The notes under the pieces are model-generated. The model searched no databases, was not told where the DNA came from, and saw only the letters and a list, made by a program, of their open reading frames with translations. A program made the translations under genes and the position numbers. A stretch of DNA of 57,868 nucleotides, the filler included, from Sphacelaria rigidula (taxonomy: Eukaryota): assembly GCA_964200075.2 (NCBI GenBank). It is 3 parts of 3 records of this genome, joined end to end, with 100 filler letters (N's around TTAATTAATTAA, not from the genome) between each part and the next. Parts side by side here need not be neighbours in the genome. Positions count along the whole stretch, not along the records: positions 38,648 to 57,868 come from CAXNAA020000711.1; 2 more parts are not named here. One strand, written 5' to 3'. This document shows positions 49,601 through 57,868 of this stretch, in pieces. Every line of letters starts with the position of its first letter. Positions within the stretch are counted from its first letter, which is position 1.

Positions 49601-52600
49601 AGTGGTGGTTTTACAAGTGGAAATGCAATGTGTGAACTCGCAAGGAGGATCGTGAAACTGCTGTCGCGTTTTTCCAATCGAAATGTGAAGCAGCTAACGG
49701 AAGCTTTCCAATATTGTTCACGAGCCCAACTCTCCTTCCTTTAAAGCTCACCGCTCCATCCGAGACTTACCAAGGTTTCGCGCTTTTTTTCATGTTCGTC
49801 GGTATGGTCGATACCGCATACGGGGCACGTACTTTTCTCGGTCTCCGCACCTATAAACAGACGATGACGAATCAAAGTGAAAGGACTAGAGTTTCTGAGC
49901 CAGCTAACGCTTCATGAAGTCGAAGTGCTTTGTACCCGAGTCTGTTCAAAATTTGTTTTCAGTAATGGCCATTGTCTATTTTATGGGGCGAGTGAAGCGT
50001 GAAGTACTCCAGTGTGTATTGTGAAGATGCTTGACGTTGTGAGTTGAACCAACGCGGGGCAATGACGAACGTAAAGTAAACGGACTAGAGTTTCAGATCA
50101 GCTTCATGCTGTTTGACGATAAGAGCTTCATTGTCCGAGCCCTGTACTTTCGTGGAATCTGGTATCTTGTGTACCGTTGAAAAGTGTCGACGCAGGGTAC
50201 TGAAACAGGTGAACACCGCAGGTCCCGCCTCTCGTGACCACTTTTCGCTCGAGTTCTAGCAGCGCTCCAGATAGTCTCCATTTGTCTCGTGTACGTTCGT
50301 GGAAGGGCTTGAGCGGTGCATGCCAGGGTGTCACATTCGCTGTTGTAGTCGGCGGAGGGCGTTGTACTGTATCTGCGTGTGATGCGTAACTCCCACCATC
50401 GATCAGCAGTTCAATCACAGCATGGCGCCTAAAAATATTCGGTCCTCGAACCTTCAGTTGAGCCCGCTATTTCCAACTGGTGCCACTTTTCCCCCCGCTT
50501 GTCGTCCTCTCGTGCTTTTCAACACTAAACTCAACAGAACAAGGGCATGCGTTTCGTGAAAAATGTTGGCCTGGGTTTCAAGATCCCGAAGTCCGCCAAG
50601 GAGGGCACATATGTCGACAAGAAGTGCCCCTTCACTGGTGACGTATCCATCCGTGGCCGTATCCTGAAGGTGAGACCAATCCTTTACCCAAATCACAGAC
50701 TGCCTTGATTGCTGGGGCGTGCGGAGTCGCACAGAACGACGATGTGCACGATGGTGGACGCACTAAATTGTTTCCTCCCGAGTTGTATACAGGGTAGTTG
50801 TCAAATGTCGGTCTGTTGCTGTATGCCTTGCGTCCCCCGTTTGTGCAGGGCCTGGTGATCTCTGCCGGCAAGATGACCAACACCATCGTCATCCGCCGAG
50901 ACTACCTGCACTACATCTCCAAGTACCGGAGGTAAGAGGGATTTTGCACCTGGCAAGAATCGGCACTTCAAATTTTGCACCTCATCGATATTCCCTCACG
51001 CCTTTTTCAGATGTCAAAACCGCGCACATCATATTCGATGTGGCAAGCAGAGTAGGGTTCACGTGTGATCCTCGGAGGTTTGCTTACCCACCTGGTCCGA
51101 CAAATAATTGCTCGGGGATATGTTGTGTGCCCACATCTAACCGAAGACCCGAGATGGAGTGTTCCCTGTGGTGCCGATTTTGACGAGAACACGTTCTGCG
51201 CACGCGAGGAGCACTTGAGACCGTCATCCCCGTTGAAGATCTGAATATTGATGTTGACTATCTAATCGAGTGATGGTATTTTTGGTGGAAGTTCCACACG
51301 TCGGACAGCTCATGAGCTACCGAAAATAACAAATGGAAGGGGACTCTCGGATTGCCCGTCCTTGAACACGAATTACGTGACAGCAGGGCCCGAGGAGCTA
51401 AAGCGCTACTTTTGCGCCTCTCCGCGTGGTCGGTGTCCAGCGCTGTGGGGAGAAAATATAGAAGAAGCGATCGCATGAGCTAGCTCGTGATCCGGACCAG
51501 TACAGTAATAAGAAGTAATATTTAGGTAGCTCATGAGCTGTCCGACGTGTGGAAAGTTCCATCAGACAAAGTGTTGACCTATATGAGGTTCTCATCCGTT
51601 CTGCGCTTGTGGGTTTCATATCTTGCACACGTCGGACAGCTCACGAGTTACCCGGAATAACTAATCGAAGATGACTGTCAAATCCGCTGTACAAGTGCAC
51701 AAAACACACGACAGCAGTGTCCGAGGAGCCAAAGCATTCCCTTCCCGCTACACGGCGTGCCCGGCGTCCATCGCTGTCGGGAGCTAATACGGAAATGGTG
51801 GCCAAATGAACTGGCTCAAAATCCGGATCATTACTCCAATAACAAGTAACATCCAGGTAGCTCATGAGCTGTCCAATGTGTAATATCTTTTGAACCCCCG
51901 TGAAGTTTTGTGCTTCCCCTCGTTTTTTTCCGCGCCGTACTTCTTGCCCTGAATGACCCCCCCCCCCCCCCCCCCCCGTCGCCCGCCCGCCTAACAGGTT
52001 TGAGAAGCGCCACAAGAACATGACGGTGCACTGCTCGCCTTGCTGGCAAAATGTGAAGGAGGGTGATATCGTGACGATCGGACAGTGCCGACCTTTGTCG
52101 AAGACCGTGCGTTTCAATGTTCTCGAGCACGAGCCGTGCATCAACACGGTAAGTGGCCTGCCGGAAGTGTGTGAGAGAAAAAATTAACGTTTCGCACTCA
52201 TTTTGAGCTCGGAATGCCATCAAATGTAGTAACTTCATTGAGGGAGGAGGGGGAGCGCAAATATTCACTCATAACAATCGGTCTTGTGGGTGCGATGTAC
52301 AACTCCCTTACCGTGGTTGTATTTTCGAAGGGTACGGTGTCACTTTGATATGCGACATGTTGAACTTGACAGAGATCTCGCGTGTACTCATTGCCACCTC
52401 AAGCAATGTTTTGACTGATGTGCCGTTCTCTCGAGCATCCGCTTGACCGAAATACTTCCAAAGTGTGGTGAAATGACCCCGGGGGTCGTTGTTGATGGGG
52501 AACAGACGTCAACAACATAACCACGTCCTATGTGCGGTTCATGTTTTATGTGTCCCCTGGTAAGGTGTACGCTAACGGCCCAAAATTCGTCGCTTGGCCT

Positions 52601-52686
52601 GTACCCGTTTTTCGTTGTTCCTTGGAATCCGTCCCGTTTCATCACCACAGGCCGTGGCTGTGCGCAAGCAGTTCCGTATGTTCTAA
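46654..52686 (+). CDS. RPS11: 40S ribosomal protein S11 (uS17), 169 aa, six coding exons
   Basis: Exons 46654-46686, 47214-47288, 50538-50669, 50849-50931, 51998-52148 and 52651-52686 give [19 protein letters not shown]...VGLGFKIP...[23 protein letters not shown]...[20 protein letters not shown]...[15 protein letters not shown]...RKQFRMF*. The first exon is the least certain. A probable 5'UTR intron spans 46027-46648. Confidence 0.95.
47952..48054 (+). ncRNA. Intronic box C/D snoRNA, copy A (two LSU rRNA guides)
   Basis: 10-bp terminal stem gggtcttgac/gtcaagaccc. C box GTGACGA at 47963, guide CGGACTAGAGT before D' CTGA at 47994, C' TTGAAGA, guide CCCTTGGCTGT before D CTGA at 48041. The guides are complementary to the conserved LSU rRNA segments ACUCUAGUCCG and ACAGCCAAGGG. 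Confidence 0.85.
48641..48740 (+). ncRNA. Intronic box C/D snoRNA, copy B
   Basis: Stem gaggc/gcctc, C box ATGACGA, the same two guides, D' CTGA and D CCGA. Confidence 0.8.
48892..48991 (+). ncRNA. Intronic box C/D snoRNA, copy C (near-identical to B)
   Basis: Stem gaggc/gcctc, C box ATGACGA at 48903, the same guides, D CCGA at 48983. Confidence 0.8.
49201..49299 (+). ncRNA. Intronic box C/D snoRNA, copy D (D' guide only)
   Basis: Stem gagatacggc/gtcgtatctc, C box GTGACGA, guide CGGACTAGAGT before D' CCGA, C' TTGACGA, D CCGA. Confidence 0.75.
49856..49946 (+). ncRNA. Intronic box C/D snoRNA, copy E (D' guide only)
   Basis: Stem aacagac/gtctgtt, C box ATGACGA, guide GGACTAGAGT before D' CTGA, D CCGA. 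Confidence 0.75.
50054..50145 (+). ncRNA. Intronic box C/D snoRNA, copy F (D' guide only)
   Basis: Stem gcggggc/gccctgt, C box ATGACGA, guide CGGACTAGAGT before D' CAGA, C' TTGACGA, D CCGA. Confidence 0.75.
51295..51551. mobile_element. MITE in RPS11 intron 4 (copy 1)
   Basis: Perfect 26-bp TIRs cacacgtcggacagctcatgagctac / gtagctcatgagctgtccgacgtgtg. Confidence 0.85.
51626..51881. mobile_element. MITE in RPS11 intron 4 (copy 2, more diverged)
   Basis: TIRs cacacgtcggacagctcacgagttac / gtagctcatgagctgtccaatgtgt. The interior is colinear with copy 1. Confidence 0.75.
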
Positions 52687-55119
52687 GGCCAATCCCTGTT
52701 CGTCGAGCTGAGGTGTAGCCTCCCCGGAGTTGGACATGAGGAAGCCTGGTTGTCGATCTTGCGGAGGTGTCCGAATCATGGAGAAGACTTCGCGCGCCGT
52801 TCCGGGGCTGCTCTGTTGCTGATTGGCTGCTACAGTTCGAGGGGTTCTTTGTACCGTCGAGGGCGATGAACCGCTGAACTTTGCGACATGTGCCCTGTCG
52901 AAACATACAACAAGAAGTCAAAACTAACAGCTGTAAGCGTCCTCACCACGAGGTCCAGTTTTGTTATTGGTGACTGATCGTGTCCGTGGCCGTGGCCCTT
53001 TCATTATGCACACGGGGTAGCGTATATCGACACCATTTGTTGGTCTGTTGTGCTGAAACGAAATTGTCGGCGGCGACGGCTTGTGTCTATATCATTGTTT
53101 CCCCTACGTGCAGGAGAAGATCTCGCCACCTTTTTCAACCGGTGAAAAGAGATGGTATCGAATGCATGTGTGAACTCCGATGGGCGAGAGCCTCACATGC
53201 AGCGCCAGCTTTGAAACGCACGATCAAGACGCGTGTCTATCGCCCTTCAAGCCCCAGTGGTGGATCGTGAACCCCAAAATGAGGCCGCGAAGTACGTACT
53301 ACGGATGACGATGGTCGGCACATCTTGTGTCACTCACCGTCGTCTTCGAATATCGAAGTTGGGTACACCGAGTGTCAATTCCATTCGAGTGATCTCAGTC
53401 AACAGAAGAAATCATGCGCCCTCCCTCCTCTCTGCTCATATTTTTCATGCCGAGTACGCGGATTTGAGAACCCGGATTTCGATGGGAAAAGGAGTGTTTC
53501 CGGGGCGGGCAGCAAGAGCGGCTAAGATATTGAGAAACGGAAATATCATGTTTTCCGATCAAAACATATCGGTATTAATCACCTTTTGAGGGGTGAAGAT
53601 GATTATGGCCGAAAAAGATTGAGGAAGATTGAACGTCATCAGCTTCTCACACGCTTCGCTACTCGACGGAGGGACATGAACGAATTATGACTTCGGCCTC
53701 ACAAGCAATACTTCCGGTCAGACCACTGTCATGAAAACGATGATTTTACTGTGGACACTAACTACGTCACTCCTCGGACAATTTTATCGCTCACCCCTCA
53801 TCAACATGAGACATGACACTATTGGATTTTGATCAACATCTGTTGTCGCAAACGTGTCACTCCGGAGGGTCGGGTGAAAATCTGAAGTTCATTCGAAACC
53901 AGCTGGATACTGCCCGAAATGTCACCGCAACGAGGTGGTACAAGAGGAGGTCGAGACGAATTGGACGGGCTCGGGCTCACAAATGCCGGATTCTACCTAC
54001 GGTGGGGCGTACACGCCCAGATGATACGACGGTGCTTCGGGATATTGTGAAGGTTTAACTAACTTACTTCTTGGCAACTACGATCCTTGTCTCCAGATAT
54101 TCGACAACAAAAACTTTCGTACCCAAAACCTGGCAAGTTTGAACAATCCGCGATGAACAAATGGTGGCTCCATCAGCTACGTCCGCAATTGTGAAGACAA
54201 CGATGGAGGTGTTTCCACGGTGAACTAGATGCAAATAGCATGAGCGGAGAATGGAGTACGGCTTTAATACGACGTAGTCAGACACGTGCTCGCCGACGCG
54301 TCGGTGACTGCACCACAATTGCCCACTTCAATCACATCTGCATCGCTTGGACAATTCCTCAAACAAAACGCGAATGATACCTGCTGCTTAGAAGACATGA
54401 ATCGCGACGTGGCCCACACCGCGTACGATCAACAGGCGGTAATATTTTTTCCGCATGACTGAGAAGCACACGTCCAGCCCTGCACTTTCCGTACCTACAC
54501 CCCGAAAATGCCCACGTCGCCTGAATCGACTTCGGAAAGAGCGACATACGCCGGTGACTACATCCACCGTTTGCAAAAGGATGGGAGGGCACCCACCACC
54601 ACCAAGATGCTCCCCCCGCCAATAGGATCGTGTAAGAGCAGTATGTGTTACAGAGACAATTATTTCGGTCAAATCCTCTACACCCGTTCCTTCAACCTCT
54701 CGCCTCTACCACGTGAAAATCCTTGAAAAACAAGTCGATTTGAGGTACACGGTGTTCAGGAGAGAGAAGAATGGTCAACGAGTTCATAACCCATCTCACT
54801 TCCCACATGTTTATCTGCGAGACCTAATATACTTCCTGTGAAAGCTTCCCACTCAGACCGTTGATGTCACCGAGTAAAACATCGACATGTAGCAATAAAC
54901 ACACAACAAAGGTGAAGGCGAAGCAAAAGCGAAGAAACATAGCCACTTCCATTCTCACATAAACGTTTCTATACGTGTTCGAGCGCTCATGAGTAGACCC
55001 CATCATCCTTGTTTTGCTTTTTCAGCTATGTACCACCTCCTATACTACGGAATATGGATAACCCCCCCCGTCGTCGTCGTTGTATCCCACAAGCACATCT
55101 CTCCAGAATGCAGTCACGA

Positions 55120-57744
55120 CTATAAGTGAAAGTCATCCGGCAGCAGCACGAAGAGCGATTTTCGCGACTTGCCGTTCACCGCGCGAGAGCGGTGCCCCTG
55201 AGTTCATGGGTAGGGTGAACGCGTGTGTGTCAGGGGCAGGGGGGAAACGGCACAAAAGACGGGGTCAGTTCAGCGTGCTGATGTATTGATATCAACATGC
55301 GGCAGATTGGACACACAGAGCATGAAAAGAGCAAGATGGAACCGATGAGATGTCGAGGCAAGAAAAATATCAAAACTTGAATGTCAACTAGAGCAACCCT
55401 CTGGTGCTTACGGTAGGTTTGTTTCGGTACCAAAAGACAACGTTTTCGCAGCATATATCGATTTGTTGGCTGATCGTCGCACATCAACTGATTCCGAGGG
55501 TCGTACGATAGACATACCCAACGTCAACAAACCAACAAACCCCACTGAAAATAACGAACAGTGGTAAAAAGCAAGACAGAAACAATGAAAAAGGGCAATG
55601 ACCTAGAAAAGGGAAACCTCCTCGTTTATTGCAGGAGAAAGGTACGAAAATTGGCCAGAAACGCGAAAACAGCCAAACACGCCATTTTGACCGTTTTCGC
55701 TCCGACGTTCTCATACGCATCGTTCGGGGGGGGGTATTAGCACCCGGGCCTCGAGAAAAAACGGGAAAAAAACATGTTACTCGAGAAATATGGCCACGCG
55801 AAAACGGACGTCTCGCCTCCAGAAACCGCTTACTTTTTGTAGACCAAATTTCGCCAAGGTATCCTGATCTAGGATTTCTTTTCCAATCGTACCTTACCTG
55901 GGCCACCGATCGGTCGAGGACATACCTTTGCTAGGCCATCGCTCTCTACACTGTACCTGATGCAGCACATCGTGAGCAAGGGAGTCTATACGCGCCAACT
56001 CTAACCATGGCGCCCATACATTCGGCTATTTTCCCGCTCATTTGCCGTTCACGGACGCCACAACGACCACGCCCCTTTCTCGCCGGGAATGGCCCCCGAA
56101 TCTCTCCACATCGACACAATAACTGGACGTATAACTCACAGCGCGTCGGTCATTTGTGATCCGGTGGGTTGTGCAACACTATTGTACTGTTTCAGGCTAG
56201 GCTCTTCCACGACCAACGGGCGGTTGTCGCATCATCGATGGTTGATTCAAGCAACGAATACACTACTGGTCGTCACGCATATAGAGATAAGGACAGAGCA
56301 GTAATGGCGGTCAGCGCTACAAAAGCACAGAGCAACGTGCACTCAACGAAAAAACTCGTGGAACGAGGCTAGTCAACCCTATCTTATATGACCGCGAGGG
56401 TAGGTCACCTGCTGAACCGCCATCAATTTCACTGGCACAAGTATGCGTGATCCATGCGGACTAACCGCATCGCAGTCTAGGGGTTAACCAGCGTTGGGCT
56501 ACAAATGTTCATGGTTGACACAATTTTGCGAGTACCGCTACCCCTAACCCCAACCCAAACCCAACGCATACCGAGAACCCTCGGGTAAGGGCGGTACATA
56601 GCACTCCCTTGGCAAGGTGCGGCTTTGGTAGACCCCAAATTGGTGCCTATGGCGCCGATTTCAACGAAAACGCGTTTTGCGCATGCGAGGAGCGCACGGG
56701 ACTGTCAGCCCCACTAAAGATACGATTCTCGTTGCACACACTCAAATCAAGTAATATCAACCATGAACATTTGCAGCTCAACGGTCAACCGTTTAACAAC
56801 GACCGTAGGTCACTTGCTGAATCGGCATCAATTTCACTTGAAAAAATTATCGTGATCTAGATGGACTACCCACATCCCAGTCCAAGGGTTAACCCCTTTG
56901 ACCGCAAGGGTAGGTCACCTGCGGAATCGGCATCAATTCCGCTTGAAAAAAGTGTGCGCAATCCTGATGGACAACCCGCATCGCCGTCTAAGGGTTAACC
57001 CTTTGATCGCAAGAGTAGCTCACGTGCTGAATCGGCATCGATTTCACTTGAAAAAGTATGCGTGATCCTGATGGCCCCCCCGAATGATATGCGTGAAAAC
57101 TTCGGAGCGAAAACGATCAAAACGGCGTGTTTGGCTGTTTTCGCGTTTCCGACCATTTTTCGTACCTTTCTTCGGTAATTAACGAGAAGGTATCCCTTTT
57201 CTAGGCCATTGCCCATGAAAAAACGAAGCACATCGAAAAACAAGAAGTAAAAACGAGACGACAAAAACAATAATCAAGGATAACAGTGAACATCATTTTA
57301 TCATCATGAATGACACAACATAACATGAACGATGGGGTTCAAAAGTTGCACACGGCCGGTCAAAAACAACGATAATAAAAAAATCGAAGTTGAATACATA
57401 CCGCGCGAGCGAGGCATCAGCGTTTCGTGGTAGACTTTCATCCCCAGTCTATTTCATCAGCTACCGCACTACATGTACAAACCTTGCCCCACGTGTCCTC
57501 GACGAGCATCACAGTCCCTGCAGGGAATATTACTCGTGTCCCGTCGGTCACCTCGATCTCTACCCCGGCATCCAAGCTAGCAATAAGCTGCTTCGCTGGA
57601 GCTGTGTGGAAGTCAAAGTCGTAGTCACCTGGTGTTTCCCTAAACTTGACACCTGTAGGGGCAAGCGTGGGTACAGACTTGGAAGGTGATTGTTGCTCAA
57701 TGAAAGTCGTGATCGACGCCAACGAGGACTCCTCTTTGAAGAAC
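55120..57744 (-). CDS. Small cupin-fold protein, 3' portion (5' end outside window)
   Basis: The exon ending at 57483 (acceptor at 57652 or 57744) encodes GVKFRETPGDYDFDFHTAPAKQLIASLDAGVEIEVTDGTRVIFPAGTVMLVEDTWGK|gt. It splices in frame to the terminal exon 55197-55120, cag|GHRSRAVNGKSRKSLFVLLPDDFHL*. The H-x-AP-x-x-Q...EDT-x-G-x-GH pattern is typical of a cupin family. Confidence 0.8.
56373..57075 (+). mobile_element. Cluster of ~105-bp piggyBac-like MITE units, three in tandem sharing TTAA
   Basis: Units at 56373-56487, 56793-56892, 56889-56998 and 56995-~57075 (partial), of the form ttaa ccc(c)tttgaccgc...taggtcacctgctgaatcggcatcaatttcacttg...gtctaaggg ttaa. Confidence 0.7.
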
Positions 57745-57868
57745 CTCGTGTTTGATAAAAAGAGACACGCCAGCTGTGTAGGTGAATGTAGTCAGCGAAT
57801 AACATATGAGCTGGGCCAGCTTAAAAGCTGCTAAAAGTTGCTCACACCACAGCCCCCCCAGTTTCCCG

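Noticed and set aside
47963-50100. Recurring ggactagagtttctga motif as CRISPR or satellite repeat
   Set aside because: Spacing is irregular, and the motif is explained by C/D boxes, terminal stems and rRNA complementarity.
56540-56566. Telomere-like ccctaacc tract (also ~29690-29720)
   Set aside because: Too short and degenerate to call an interstitial telomeric repeat.

Overview
Intron-rich, repeat-rich eukaryotic genomic DNA, most likely from a brown alga (Phaeophyceae). That assignment is inferred from the one-TPR-per-exon array, the gene architecture and the repeat types. There are three assembly gaps, two carrying an artificial TTAATTAATTAA linker. From left to right: a decayed Ty3/Gypsy chromodomain LTR retrotransposon (1339-5625) and many MITE/SINE relics; an isolated IMPDH exon; a Copia gag relic; a tandem array of 17 intact 126-nt phase-0 exons, each encoding one 42-aa TPR unit, in ~418-bp units whose introns are also homologous (20918-28719); a deleted mariner element; the 3' half of a mitochondrial folate-carrier-like gene; a complete MUG/TDG-family DNA glycosylase gene head-to-head with a complete RPS11 gene; and the 3' part of a cupin-domain gene. 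There are two highlights. First, most TPR-array introns carry a short antisense element complementary to both the donor and the acceptor junction, and exon variability is concentrated at ligand-binding TPR positions. Second, RPS11 intron 2 holds a cluster of six or more paralogous box C/D snoRNAs with LSU rRNA guides and non-canonical C/D boxes. All exon models were read by eye from GT-AG sites and reading frame, and no database searches were run.
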